From positions 798 through 64,797 of the forward strand of contig JAKPDB010000176.1 of NCBI GenBank assembly GCA_029552985.1: a stretch of DNA of 64,000 nucleotides, written 5' to 3'. A model generated the notes under the pieces. That model did not search any database and had not been told where the DNA came from. It saw only the letters and a list, made by a program, of their open reading frames with translations. Positions 1-10,315 of the stretch are shown in pieces; positions within the stretch are counted from its first letter, which is position 1; the number at the start of each line of letters is the position of its first letter. The stretch comes from a bacterium. Lineage in GTDB: Bacteria > Ratteibacteria > UBA8468 > B48-G9 > DTJG01. The translations under genes and the position numbers were made by a program.

Positions 1-2
1 AT

Positions 3-344
3 GAAAAAGAGACATATTTAGAACTGCAGGCAAATTCACTTGCATACATTCATGGAAATGAGGTCGGTGGTACCAATCCTGCACTACTATCTGCTATGGG
101 TTGTGGAGCACTAATTTTTGCCTTTGACGTGCCTTTTAATAGGGAAGTACTTGGTGATTGTGGGCTTTATTTCACAAAAAAGCCTGGGTCTCTGGCGAAT
201 TTAATAAAACAAACCATCGAGAATCCAGAAAAATTTTCTACGCTCAGAGAAAAGGCACGAGAAAGAGTAAGACAATTTTATAGATGGGATGACGTTACCA
301 GTAAATATGAACAATTATTACTTGCTGTAGGAAACAATGGATAG
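3..344 (+). CDS. GT-B glycosyltransferase (GT4-like), C-terminal fragment; the 5' end lies outside the window
   Basis: Frame 3 is open from the window edge. The translation ...YIHGNEVGGTNPALLSAMGCGALIFAFDVPFNREVL... matches the sugar-nucleotide-binding C-lobe of GT4 enzymes. Stop TAG at 342-344 overlaps the next ATG (337). Confidence 0.75.
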   Translation, partial: EKETYLELQANSLAYIHGNEVGGTNPALLSAMGCGALIFAFDVPFNREVLGDCGLYFTKKPGSLANLIKQTIENPEKFSTLREKARERVRQFYRWDDVTSKYEQLLLAVGNNG

Positions 345-1635
345 AAAAATTTTTATTCTTCTTGATTTTATCGTGGTAGTGATAAGTATGTTGCTTGGAT
401 ATGCAATAAGATTTTCGTGCAATATTTTCCCGGATAAAGGTATTGCTCCCATTGCACCATATATCAACATATCAATTTTTGCAGCAATGGTCTGGATTGT
501 AATGTTCAATGTCAATAGCATTTATAAAGAACGGAAATTTATCAATTTATGCTTCGAACTCAGTAAAATTATCCAGAGCAGTTTCTACTCGGCTTTTATT
601 ATCAGTGCCACTACTTTTTTTTATAGAGGATTTTATTATTCAAGAATTGCTGTCGTGCTTGGCATCATTATTTCCTTTTTTCTTCTTTCTCTGATACACC
701 TCATAATGGACGCTATCTTATCAAAAGAAGACGTCGTGTTTTGTTTCATTGGAAACGACAGAGACATGGCCCCACTTGTAAAAAGAGTAAAACTCCATGG
801 GTTTCCCAAAAGTAAAATCATGTTCTGCCAGTTTGAGAAACTACAATGTTTCCTCCGGAATTCAGAAAAGCCAGACAATGTTCGTGTCATTATTTGTCTT
901 GATAACTTTCAAGAAATCCAGCAAATATCACAGACATGTAGTAAATTCGGGATTCAATACTATATTTATCCAAAAACATCCAGAATTTTTCTCAGCGGCG
1001 GGAGAATAGAAGCAATTTTTGGAATCCCTGTGATTACCACGGATATTTTGCCGCTGGAGCTCTGGCATAATAAGGTGATAAAAAGATTTTTTGACATTTT
1101 GCTCAGTATGTTATTTCTGACCATGACCATGCCTTTTCTTTTTCTAATCGCAGTTATTATAAAATTCAGTTCTGATGGACCAGTGTTGTTCGCTCAAGAA
1201 AGAATAGGATACAGAAATAAAAAATTCAAAATTTTTAAACTTAGGACAATGGTAAAAGGTGCAGAAAATATTCTTCCGTATACTCTTGATCATGATTCAA
1301 GAATCACAAGAATTGGTTCATTACTGAGAAGGTTTAACATCGATGAACTTCCACAGTTGTTTAATGTACTAAAATCAGATATGAGCATTGTAGGACCCAG
1401 ACCCTTATCAGTGGAAGACAGATTATTTTTCTCAATTCCTGGATTTTATGAACGAATGAAAATTCCACCAGGAATTACAGGATGGGCTCAGATTCATGGT
1501 CTAAAAGGAGGTCAGGTAGAACCTGAGGAAAGATTCAGATATGACCTGTATTATGCAGAAAACTGGAACATATGGCTTGATTTTGCTATAATAATATTTA
1601 CTATTTTCTTGTTTTTCAATAACAAAATCAAATAA
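337..1635 (+). CDS. polyprenyl-phosphate glycosyl-1-phosphate transferase (bacterial sugar transferase, WbaP/WcaJ-like initiating enzyme)
   Basis: N-terminal TM helices followed by the conserved C-terminal block KFKIFKLRTM...DELPQLFNVLKSDMSIVGPRPL...PGITGWAQI. Confidence 0.85.
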   Translation: MDRKIFILLDFIVVVISMLLGYAIRFSCNIFPDKGIAPIAPYINISIFAAMVWIVMFNVNSIYKERKFINLCFELSKIIQSSFYSAFIISATTFFYRGFYYSRIAVVLGIIISFFLLSLIHLIMDAILSKEDVVFCFIGNDRDMAPLVKRVKLHGFPKSKIMFCQFEKLQCFLRNSEKPDNVRVIICLDNFQEIQQISQTCSKFGIQYYIYPKTSRIFLSGGRIEAIFGIPVITTDILPLELWHNKVIKRFFDILLSMLFLTMTMPFLFLIAVIIKFSSDGPVLFAQERIGYRNKKFKIFKLRTMVKGAENILPYTLDHDSRITRIGSLLRRFNIDELPQLFNVLKSDMSIVGPRPLSVEDRLFFSIPGFYERMKIPPGITGWAQIHGLKGGQVEPEERFRYDLYYAENWNIWLDFAIIIFTIFLFFNNKIK

Positions 1636-1649
1636 CGTAAAAGGATACG

Positions 1650-3422
1650 ATGTCAAAAAAGAAAAAAGAGCAGAAAATTATCAGTCAAATAGAAAAAAAG
1701 GATGAAGAAACACTGGGATTTAAAGCACTGGTAATCATGGTATCCATATTATTCTTTGGAATTGCACCTCTTTTGAATTTTAAACCGGCCTATGATTACA
1801 CCATAATAAAAGATGTACTTGGTGCATTATCTGTAGCGATCTTTGCTGCAGCACTGTTTTTAAAAAGAGATATTATTTCTTTTGATTTTACGGGATTTTT
1901 TACAGGCACTTTATTTTTTACATTCATACTTGTAGGTTGTTTTTATGCTCCTGTAAAATACGGAGCAGCTCAGGTCCTTGAAAACTACCTTCTGTACTAT
2001 CTATTGTTTATCATGGGCCTATTATGGAAATGGGATAAAAGAGATGCCTTTATATGGGCATCAGCAATGATCATTGCCTCTATTACTGCGTTTGTTCAAT
2101 ATCCCAAAACTCATTATCCTATTTCCACTTTCGGAAATCCGAATTTTTTTGCCGGACATTTATTAATGCCCCTATTTCTCAGTATTTATTTTTTCAAAAA
2201 AGAATATCATACTATAGCAATCCCTTATTTCATTATCACACTGGCTGCCCTGATTCTTACAAAATCAAGAGCATCGCTTTTTGCAGTGCTGGCCGGTTGT
2301 TCGTTCGCCTCATTTTTACTTTTACAAAGACACAGAATCCCGTGGTTAAAATATGCTGGTTTTTTATTTGTAATTTTTGTTACAGTCATATTATGGAACA
2401 AAATTCTGGTTCAATTTCGACAGGATATTAGATATTACATATGGCGTGGCACATGGAACCTGATCAAGCAGCATATGATAACCGGGTGGGGAACAGGTAA
2501 TTTCATTTTCTACTATCCATATTTTCGTTTTAGAGAATACTTTCTCAGACCACAAGCAACTCCAATTACCAATCATCCCCACTGTCAATATCTTGAAATA
2601 TGGTCTGAAAATGGTGTTATCGGACTTGCGCTTTTTCTTCTTGTAATAGGAATGGCAATCTACCATGGAATGAAAGCAAAAGATGAAGAATCAAAAAATA
2701 TTTTTCTTTTTGCATCAACTGGAATAATTGCTGTGCTTATTGATAATATCCTTTCTACCAACATGACAAACACTTCTACTGCGATGTATTTCTGGTTCCT
2801 TCTTGGATTATGTTTTGGTTCGAAAAACTTAAATACTGTTGTAGTATCTAGCTCTTACAAAAAAATCGCTGCAGGAGTCATAATGATGTCTTCGATTATT
2901 CTTGCGGGGTGGAAAACCTTTTACAGAATGATTCCAGAGGTTTATTTAAAAAGGGCAATAACCGCAAGAGAAGCAAATGATTTCCTCTCAGCTATTGAAA
3001 ATTATAAAAAAGTGTGTAAAATAAATCCTAATAATGTGGTCGCGCTCTATAAAATGGCTTATGCATACGGACAGATTGGAGACATAAAAAACGCCGAGGA
3101 AGTATATTTAAAAATTAACAATAACCTTTTCCCACATTTTGCAAAAACAGATGCTAATCTTGGTACACTTTATATGCAAAAACAAAACTTTGAGAAGGCG
3201 AAATTCTATTATGAAAAAGCGCTATGGTTCAATCCATACGACGTGGAAGTATTACTTCAAATGGCTTCTATCAAAATATTTCATGATAAGGATATCGAAG
3301 GCGCTCGAGAATACCTAAAAAAAGTCATGTCAATAAATCCAGAACATGAGTACGTACAATATTTATTGAAAAATATACCTGAATTGAAAAACTTGGATAC
3401 AAGCGAAACCAAAAACAGATAA
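1650..3422 (+). CDS. O-antigen ligase/polymerase-like (Wzy_C) polytopic membrane protein fused to C-terminal TPR repeats
   Basis: About 400 aa of multi-TM sequence contains a TKSRASLFA...H.HCQYLEIWSENG-type ligase loop. The C-terminal ~170 aa shows TPR-like periodicity (AIENYKKVCKINPNN..ALYKMAYAY, KAKFYYEKALWFNPYD). Confidence 0.7.
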   Translation: MSKKKKEQKIISQIEKKDEETLGFKALVIMVSILFFGIAPLLNFKPAYDYTIIKDVLGALSVAIFAAALFLKRDIISFDFTGFFTGTLFFTFILVGCFYAPVKYGAAQVLENYLLYYLLFIMGLLWKWDKRDAFIWASAMIIASITAFVQYPKTHYPISTFGNPNFFAGHLLMPLFLSIYFFKKEYHTIAIPYFIITLAALILTKSRASLFAVLAGCSFASFLLLQRHRIPWLKYAGFLFVIFVTVILWNKILVQFRQDIRYYIWRGTWNLIKQHMITGWGTGNFIFYYPYFRFREYFLRPQATPITNHPHCQYLEIWSENGVIGLALFLLVIGMAIYHGMKAKDEESKNIFLFASTGIIAVLIDNILSTNMTNTSTAMYFWFLLGLCFGSKNLNTVVVSSSYKKIAAGVIMMSSIILAGWKTFYRMIPEVYLKRAITAREANDFLSAIENYKKVCKINPNNVVALYKMAYAYGQIGDIKNAEEVYLKINNNLFPHFAKTDANLGTLYMQKQNFEKAKFYYEKALWFNPYDVEVLLQMASIKIFHDKDIEGAREYLKKVMSINPEHEYVQYLLKNIPELKNLDTSETKNR

Positions 3423-3434
3423 AAAGGAGTATAA

Positions 3435-3632
3435 ATGAAGTGTGAAATATGTGGTAAGAGTCCTAAAACAGGCAATAATGTCAGCCATTCAAATGTAAAA
3501 ACAAAAAGAACATGGAAACCTAATGTTCAGAAGTTACTTGTTGAATACCAGGGAAAAATAAAACGACTGGCTATATGCACACAATGTCTGAAGTCAGGAA
3601 AAGTAAAAAGACCTCAAAAAGTTTCTGAATAA
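3435..3632 (+). CDS. rpmB: 50S ribosomal protein L28
   Basis: [33 protein letters not shown] is the canonical L28 N-terminus. A GGAG lies upstream. Confidence 0.9.
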   Translation: MKCEICGKSPKTGNNVSHSNVKTKRTWKPNVQKLLVEYQGKIKRLAICTQCLKSGKVKRPQKVSE

Positions 3633-5227
3633 CTTTTTATGTCAAGCCAGGGGATGTAAAGCCCTTCTGACTTTCTCAAATGCGGCACATAGGTTATTGA
3701 GATAGAACCTTTTGGCATCCTAAAACCTTTTGAAAAGTGTGCCTCAAACATTCTATTACCTTGCTCAACCCACGCAATTGTTTTATTGTTCATACATCTG
3801 GTAATTTTTAAACATTCAACAGGATATGAAGTAAAAAGCACTGGCGGATTTCCAGGACCAAATGGTTTTAATTGCTGAATGACTTCAAATGTAGAAATCG
3901 TAAGTATTTCAAAATTTACTTCCAACGGTTTCACAGCTTGATTTGAAGAAATATCATGAAGTTTTAATTGTCGCCAGGCATGCTTCAGCTCATTCAGAAA
4001 ATCAATTTTCATTTTGAAGCCAACAGCGTTTCTATGACCACCAAAGGAAATGAAAATATCTTCAAAGTTTTTGAAAAAGTCATAAAGGTCTATTCTATCA
4101 TAACCACGAGCAGATCCCTGGAGAGTATTTCCATGCCTGATCGCCACAAGAGCAGGAAGTTGAAATTTTTCACTTATTCGCGCTGCGAATGTACCAGAAA
4201 AAGATACTGGCATGTTTTCGAATATCAAAAAGGGAGGGCCTTCAGGATTTTTTAATTTTTCTATAGTACCTAAAAATCTTCTTAAAATTTTTTGTTTTTC
4301 TTTCTCAAAAAATTCGATTTCTTCAAAAACAGTTTGAATTTCTTCCTCTCTGGTTGCTGTCAAAACTTTTAAGGTAAGTTCAGGTCTTCCAAATCTGCCA
4401 GGTGTATTCAATTTTGGATTTAAGTAATGCGTTATTGACTCAACATCACTGTTTTTCCCTGGCATATAAAAAAATTCCCTGAATATCTCGATACCTGGAA
4501 TGCTTGTATTTTCCAGTTCATTCAAACCAATTTTCACGATCTTTCGATTTTCTCCGGTTAGCAATCCATAATCACTGAGTGTTCCAATTGTAGCAAGTTC
4601 AATGCTTGGCAGAAAGATTTCATCAGGGAAAAAGGGAGAAAACCCCTTAAAAGCTTGAACCATTTTAAAAGCGAGCCCTGAAGCAGTCAACACATCAAAA
4701 TCAGAATCCTTTCTGCCAAGTGAAGGATTGATAATAGCCACGCATTTTAAATTTTTTGACATTTTTCCTTTATGGTGGTCAATGATAATGAGTGGAAAAT
4801 TTAATTGTTCACAGTATTCAATGAGCTCAGTTGAGGTTGTGCCAGTATCAATCGTAATCAATAATTCATAACCGAGTGCTCTCAATTTATCAATAAAATC
4901 TGGTTCAATTTCATAATCCTCAAGCCTGTGAGTGAGTTTGATATCAAAGGAAATTTTCATCTTTTTAAACAAACTTACAAACATGGAAGCACCAGCAATT
5001 CCATCTACATCACCATCTGCATATAAAAAAATACCTTTTTTTGAATAAATTGCTTGTTCAAGTATTTTGCAAGCCTTCTCCATATCGCAGATTGAAAACG
5101 GGTCTGCAAGAGAATAGATGTGTGGATTTAAGAACTCCTGTATTTGCTTCTGGGTTTTTATGCCCCTCTGATACAGGATACTGAAAAGAAAAGATGGTAA
5201 ATTTCCGATCAAAGCATCATCACTCAT
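3614..5227 (-). CDS. recJ: single-stranded-DNA-specific exonuclease RecJ (DHH/DHHA1)
   Basis: Contains the DHH-family motifs [20 protein letters not shown] and IIIDHHKG, plus a GGH..A.G DHHA1 motif ([11 protein letters not shown]). Confidence 0.85.
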   Translation of the reverse strand: MSDDALIGNLPSFLFSILYQRGIKTQKQIQEFLNPHIYSLADPFSICDMEKACKILEQAIYSKKGIFLYADGDVDGIAGASMFVSLFKKMKISFDIKLTHRLEDYEIEPDFIDKLRALGYELLITIDTGTTSTELIEYCEQLNFPLIIIDHHKGKMSKNLKCVAIINPSLGRKDSDFDVLTASGLAFKMVQAFKGFSPFFPDEIFLPSIELATIGTLSDYGLLTGENRKIVKIGLNELENTSIPGIEIFREFFYMPGKNSDVESITHYLNPKLNTPGRFGRPELTLKVLTATREEEIQTVFEEIEFFEKEKQKILRRFLGTIEKLKNPEGPPFLIFENMPVSFSGTFAARISEKFQLPALVAIRHGNTLQGSARGYDRIDLYDFFKNFEDIFISFGGHRNAVGFKMKIDFLNELKHAWRQLKLHDISSNQAVKPLEVNFEILTISTFEVIQQLKPFGPGNPPVLFTSYPVECLKITRCMNNKTIAWVEQGNRMFEAHFSKGFRMPKGSISITYVPHLRKSEGLYIPWLDIKSYSETF

Positions 5228-5468
5228 TTTCTATCATTTTTTTAATCTCATCTATAGAAAGATCCGAAGGTTTAATACCTTCAAACTTGTTTTCTCCAAT
5301 CACCAGCGCTGGTATTTTCGTAAGTCCCATCAAAGTAAATTCAGCCAGATTCTCAGGGTTTTCCGTATCAAAATATGTAAATGGAATATTAAAATTTTCA
5401 AGTTTCTTTTTCCACCCCTGACATAAGCCACAGTTCTGTTTCCCAAAAAGTAAAATATTCTTACCCAT
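5220..5468 (-). CDS. glutaredoxin/NrdH-like small thioredoxin-fold protein
   Basis: MGKNILLFGKQNCGLCQGWKKKL carries a CxxC motif in an ~80 aa protein. I prefer the internal ATG at 5468, which is preceded by GGGGG, over the 5480 start. Confidence 0.65.
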   Translation of the reverse strand: MGKNILLFGKQNCGLCQGWKKKLENFNIPFTYFDTENPENLAEFTLMGLTKIPALVIGENKFEGIKPSDLSIDEIKKMIENE

Positions 5469-5490
5469 ATCGACCCCCATAGTTCAATAC

Positions 5491-5955
5491 TTATTTATCT
5501 GTTTTTCCAGCGTACCTGATAGCGATAGATGCTTCTTCAAGCATGGCCCTGGCAAGTTTATCAGGGTAACCCTCAAAAATTACTAGTTCCTTTATACCAG
5601 CATTAATAATCATCTTCGCACATACTGAACATGGATGACAGGTAACATAAAGTACACTGTCTTTTATGCTCACACCATGATACGCTGCCTGAATAATCGC
5701 ATTCTGTTCAGCATGAAGGCCCCTGCATAATTCGTGACGTTCTCCTGATGGTATACCAAGTTTTTCTCTAAGGCAACCTACTTTTTCACAGTGCGTCACA
5801 CCAGAAGGTGCCCCATTGTATCCGGTAGCAAGAATTCTTTTATCCTTGACCAGAACCGCACCAACCTTTCTCCTAAGACAGGTTGACCTTTCGCTTACAA
5901 TGTGCGCAATCTTCATAAAATATTCATCCCATAAGGGTCTTGAATTTTTTTTCAT
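5491..5955 (-). CDS. dCMP/cytidine-deoxycytidylate deaminase (ComEB-type)
   Basis: Zinc-binding motifs HAEQNAI and PCSVCAKMI are present in a 154 aa protein. Confidence 0.85.
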   Translation of the reverse strand: MKKNSRPLWDEYFMKIAHIVSERSTCLRRKVGAVLVKDKRILATGYNGAPSGVTHCEKVGCLREKLGIPSGERHELCRGLHAEQNAIIQAAYHGVSIKDSVLYVTCHPCSVCAKMIINAGIKELVIFEGYPDKLARAMLEEASIAIRYAGKTDK

Positions 5956-5957
5956 TA

Positions 5958-7190
5958 TTATTCGGGGTAAATAGGAAATTGTGAAGCGAATTTTTTTACC
6001 TGTTTTCTAACAACGGCTAACTGATCAAAGTCATCTGCATAATGCAATGCTTCATCTATGAATTCAATAATTTTTTCAATATCATTTTTCTTCATTCCTC
6101 TTGTAGTAATTGCAGCTGTCCCTATACGAATACCGCTTGCAATATTCGGAGGTAGTGGGTCATAAGGTATTGCATTCCGATTCACAGTAATGCCCGCTGC
6201 GCCAAGAGCTCTTTGAGCAGCTTCGCCTGTTATCTTCTTATTGCGAAGGTCAATAAGTATTAAATGATTATCAGTGCCACCGGTAACAAGACGAAAATTT
6301 CTTTCAATCAATCCCCTGGCCATCAAAGAACAATTTTCAAGCACCTGCTTCTGATAGACGTGGAATTTTCTGTTCATCGCTTCCTTAAACGCAACTGCCT
6401 TTCCAGCAATTACATGCACCAAGGGACCTCCCTGTATTCCAGGAAATACTGTTTTATCAATCATCTGAGCAAATGCCTTCTTGCATAAAATAAATCCACC
6501 CCTCGGTCCTCTAAGGGTTTTATGCGTGGTTCCTGTTACAAATTCTGCATAGTCAACCGGCGAAGGATGCAAACCCGCAGCAATGATTCCTGCAATATGT
6601 GCAATATCAGCACAAAGATATGCTCCAACACTTTTCGCAATTTCAGAAAATTTCTTAAAGTCAATAGTCCTTGGATAAGCGCTCGCCCCACAAATGATTA
6701 ATTTTGGCTTCACGTTTTCAGCAATTTTCAAAATTTCATCATAGTTAAGTTGTTCTGTTTCCCTGTCAACGCCGTAATAAAACGGTCTGAATATCATTCC
6801 TGAAAAATTCACCTTTGTACCATGAGTAAGATGGCCACCCGCGGCAAGGTCCATGCCAAGTATCACATCCCCTGGTTTTAATGTAGCAAGATAAACAGCC
6901 ATATTCGCCTGACTTCCTGCATGAGGTTGAACATTTGCATGTTCTGCATTAAAAAGTTTTTTCAGCCGCTCTATAGCAATACTTTCAATCTTATCAACAT
7001 TTTCACAACCGTCATAGTACCTTTTTCCAGGAAATCCCTCTGCATATTTGTTTGTCAAAATTGAACCAACCACCGTGAGAACTGATTTACTAACATAGTT
7101 CTCAGAGGCAATAAGATTAATAGTTTCTCGTTGTCTCTGTATCTCACGTTTTATTAGTATTGCAATATCCGCGTCAATATTTCTGAGCAT
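5958..7190 (-). CDS. glyA: serine hydroxymethyltransferase
   Basis: LIASENY and the PLP-lysine motif [12 protein letters not shown] are present; length is 410 aa. Confidence 0.95.
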   Translation of the reverse strand: MLRNIDADIAILIKREIQRQRETINLIASENYVSKSVLTVVGSILTNKYAEGFPGKRYYDGCENVDKIESIAIERLKKLFNAEHANVQPHAGSQANMAVYLATLKPGDVILGMDLAAGGHLTHGTKVNFSGMIFRPFYYGVDRETEQLNYDEILKIAENVKPKLIICGASAYPRTIDFKKFSEIAKSVGAYLCADIAHIAGIIAAGLHPSPVDYAEFVTGTTHKTLRGPRGGFILCKKAFAQMIDKTVFPGIQGGPLVHVIAGKAVAFKEAMNRKFHVYQKQVLENCSLMARGLIERNFRLVTGGTDNHLILIDLRNKKITGEAAQRALGAAGITVNRNAIPYDPLPPNIASGIRIGTAAITTRGMKKNDIEKIIEFIDEALHYADDFDQLAVVRKQVKKFASQFPIYPE

Positions 7191-9270
7191 TTTTTATATC
7201 CTCTTCCCTGATATACGAAAAATCCCCAAATTTGAGAAAAATATCATTAAATTTTTTCAACAGAGCGAGACGATTATTCCTCAAATCTTCCCGGAGACAC
7301 ATGACAAGAACACTATCAAAGAAATTGTCCACTGGTGTTTTTAAATCTGATAAAATTTTCAGAAAATCATCATATTTCCCTTGCTGAAGCAATGCTTCAG
7401 ATTCTTTCGCATAATTGTTATAAAGATCAGCAAGAATTCGTTCACCGGGTTCCTCAATCAAATCCTGATTAAAATCAGGAATCTGAATTTTTCTCTCTTC
7501 TGCTTGTTTCAGAATATTAGCGATGCGGGTGACCGGAATTAATATCTGCTCTGCATCATGATAAATTCTAATAAATTTTTTCAAGGCGTCCAGTTTCTTC
7601 CTCACTTTAAGAAAATTCATACCATCGACTGCCAGAACACTTTTCCGTAACCCCCTCGAAAAAGTTTCGGATTCAAGATGGGATTCATACCTCTGCAAAA
7701 GAAATTCATCAATCTTTGAAGCTACTGAAATTTTTTCATCTGAAGGAATATCGTAATATTCAAGAACATGTCTAACCATCCTGCGATAATCATATTCGAA
7801 GTCAGATTTGTAAATTAACTGAAAAAGTCCACTGGTGAGTCTTTTCAAACCATACGGATCTTCTGACCCGGAAACATCCACACCCGCGGATATGAATGCA
7901 ACGATATAATCAATCCTGTCTATAATTCCAAGAAGAACGCTGCATAATCCCTTAGGAAGTTTATCTCCAGGAAACGTCGGAAGCATATATTCTGAAAGTG
8001 TAGTGCATACATCGTCACTTTCCCCGGAAAGTTTTGCATACACTGCTCCCATAATCCCATGTAAATCTGGAAATTCTCTTACCATTTCTGAAGCAAGGTC
8101 GTACTTGCAAAGTTCAGCTGCCCGAATCAAGGTTTTTTTCTGTTGTTCTTCCAATCCAACTACCTCAGAAAAATCAATAGCGAGCATCTTTAACCTCTCA
8201 ACCCTTTTTGCAACAGAACCCCACTTCTGGTGAAAAACAATCCTATTCAGTTTTTCCTTAAATTCATCAAAAGGGACAGATATATCAGAATTGTAGAAAA
8301 ACTGGGCATCAAGAATTCTTGTTCTCAAAAGATTTTCATAATTTACCCTCACATCTTCATTATCATTACCGTCGCTGACAATAAAAAATTCTTTTTGCAA
8401 TTGCCCATCAACGAAAATTGGAATACCCTTTGCCTTTGATATAAGAACCCTCAAAACCTCTTCTGGAAGATTACAGCTGACAGAAGGAAAATTGCATCTT
8501 ATTACGCGTGGATATTCAACAAGATTTACCACGTCGTTAACCGTAGACTCATCAATACTCTCATCCTTTTTGAGGCATGATGAAATAAGTTTGAGTATGA
8601 ATTGTTGCCTTAAATCTCTGTCCAGTAAAACAAAAGATTTCTGAATTTTATCAAAATAATCTTTCCAGTTTAAAATCCTTATTTTGTTCGGGCACAAAAT
8701 TCTATGTCCATAAGTATAATTTGAACTTTTGATACCACCGAAATTGATATTCAAAGTTCGACTTCCAAACATCGCGAGTATCCATCGAACAGGTCTATAA
8801 AATATTTCTTGTGATTCATTCCATCTCATTCCTTTCGGGATGTCAATTTTTCTGAGTACGCGAACAAGAATATCTGGAATGATGTCCTTTGTAGCAATAC
8901 CTGGTATCGTTTTTGTCACACATATAACCTTTTTCCCATTGATATTCTTAACTTTTAAGGATGAAACATCCACCCCATGTGCTTTTGCAAAACCACCAGC
9001 AGCAACAGTAGGATGCCCGTGTTTATCAAAAGCGTCTTCATACCGCGGACCTGTAATTTCTTTGTGTTCAGGAGCAATTTTTAAAGGTAATCCTTTAACA
9101 AAAATGACAAACCTGCGAGGTGTGAAAAAAAACAATATATCATCAGCATTCAGTTTATAATTACTAAATTCGTCAATTAGTAATGGCTTAAACCTGCCTA
9201 TGAAATGCTCCCCTGCCCACGAAGGCAAATCTTCACATCCAATCTCTATTAACAGGTGTTCTGTTTGCAT
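7174..9270 (-). CDS. glyS: glycine--tRNA ligase beta subunit
   Basis: The MQTEHLLIEIGCEDLPSW N-terminus and ~700 aa length fit GlyS. The ATG at 9270 is preceded by GGAGAA. The track start at 9282 is a TTG inside that Shine-Dalgarno sequence. Confidence 0.88.
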   Translation of the reverse strand: MQTEHLLIEIGCEDLPSWAGEHFIGRFKPLLIDEFSNYKLNADDILFFFTPRRFVIFVKGLPLKIAPEHKEITGPRYEDAFDKHGHPTVAAGGFAKAHGVDVSSLKVKNINGKKVICVTKTIPGIATKDIIPDILVRVLRKIDIPKGMRWNESQEIFYRPVRWILAMFGSRTLNINFGGIKSSNYTYGHRILCPNKIRILNWKDYFDKIQKSFVLLDRDLRQQFILKLISSCLKKDESIDESTVNDVVNLVEYPRVIRCNFPSVSCNLPEEVLRVLISKAKGIPIFVDGQLQKEFFIVSDGNDNEDVRVNYENLLRTRILDAQFFYNSDISVPFDEFKEKLNRIVFHQKWGSVAKRVERLKMLAIDFSEVVGLEEQQKKTLIRAAELCKYDLASEMVREFPDLHGIMGAVYAKLSGESDDVCTTLSEYMLPTFPGDKLPKGLCSVLLGIIDRIDYIVAFISAGVDVSGSEDPYGLKRLTSGLFQLIYKSDFEYDYRRMVRHVLEYYDIPSDEKISVASKIDEFLLQRYESHLESETFSRGLRKSVLAVDGMNFLKVRKKLDALKKFIRIYHDAEQILIPVTRIANILKQAEERKIQIPDFNQDLIEEPGERILADLYNNYAKESEALLQQGKYDDFLKILSDLKTPVDNFFDSVLVMCLREDLRNNRLALLKKFNDIFLKFGDFSYIREEDIKNAQKY

Positions 9271-9304
9271 ATTGTTCTCCAAAATGAAACCATTGTGTGC
9301 ACAG

Positions 9305-10315
9305 CTACATAAAATTATACATCTTTTTTTTCATTACTGACAAATAAAGAATGAAAAAAATCGTTAAAATCACATGTGATATCCAGGGTGCAATCTGCCA
9401 GGGAACGATTTCTGCTTTACCAAGAGAAAGACCTGAAGAATACAATGAATAGGTGACCAATGTCACAGAAAAAGCGATAATGAAAATTTTGGATTTTCGA
9501 TAATAAAAAAATGGAAATAAAATCAAAATAATAAAAATATTCAGTGCCGGATATGATATTTTCGAATAGAGAAAAATCCAATCAGATTTTGATTTAATAC
9601 CTACCGATGCAATATTTTTCAATAATCTATGTAATTTAAAAAATGTCCATCTTTCAGGAAAACCCACCGCATACAAGAGAAGCGACTGCGGATTAAAGTC
9701 GGTGTTTATAGCAAATTGCTGAAAATATTGCGTTATCCGGTCTCCTACCGCAACATTTCCATCATAAAGCACAATATTTTTTTCAAAAAAAATTGCCTTT
9801 TTTGCGTAATATGCGATATTTAAATCTCCTCCCACCAGGATGATCACATTTTCCGCCGTATTCGGTTGTTGATAATTTTCTGCCCAGAAACACATTTTTT
9901 CTGTAAGAACACTTAGTGAATCAGCTTCCTTCCCTATATTTTTTACTTCTTCTTGATAAGGCGTAAACCATCCCGCAGCCAGAGAAAACAAGAAACACAG
10001 GAAACCAAAAATCACAAATATCTTGAATATCTGAAGTTCAGAAATTCCTTTTAATTCAAAAATCGAAATCTGTTTAAATTTTTCCATTTCAGAAAAAACA
10101 AAAAAAGCACTTAACAATGTGATAAATGGAATAATCACAAGAAAATTATCATAAAAATTCATCACACAATCTTTCCACAAAAAACCCATTGAATGTTTTG
10201 CATCCGCAAGTGTCCAGAATATTTGCAAAACAAATAACAACATCGAACAAGCAATAAGCAAAACCATAAAAAACTTGAGCGCATACGACAATATGTATCT
10301 TTCTCTAAGTAACAT
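9305..10315 (-). CDS. lptG: LPS export ABC permease LptG-like (YjgP/YjgQ family)
   Basis: A 6-TM permease with a central periplasmic insert, paired with a paralogue immediately upstream. Family assignment rests on architecture and pairing. Confidence 0.7.
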   Translation of the reverse strand: MLLRERYILSYALKFFMVLLIACSMLLFVLQIFWTLADAKHSMGFLWKDCVMNFYDNFLVIIPFITLLSAFFVFSEMEKFKQISIFELKGISELQIFKIFVIFGFLCFLFSLAAGWFTPYQEEVKNIGKEADSLSVLTEKMCFWAENYQQPNTAENVIILVGGDLNIAYYAKKAIFFEKNIVLYDGNVAVGDRITQYFQQFAINTDFNPQSLLLYAVGFPERWTFFKLHRLLKNIASVGIKSKSDWIFLYSKISYPALNIFIILILFPFFYYRKSKIFIIAFSVTLVTYSLYSSGLSLGKAEIVPWQIAPWISHVILTIFFILYLSVMKKKMYNFM

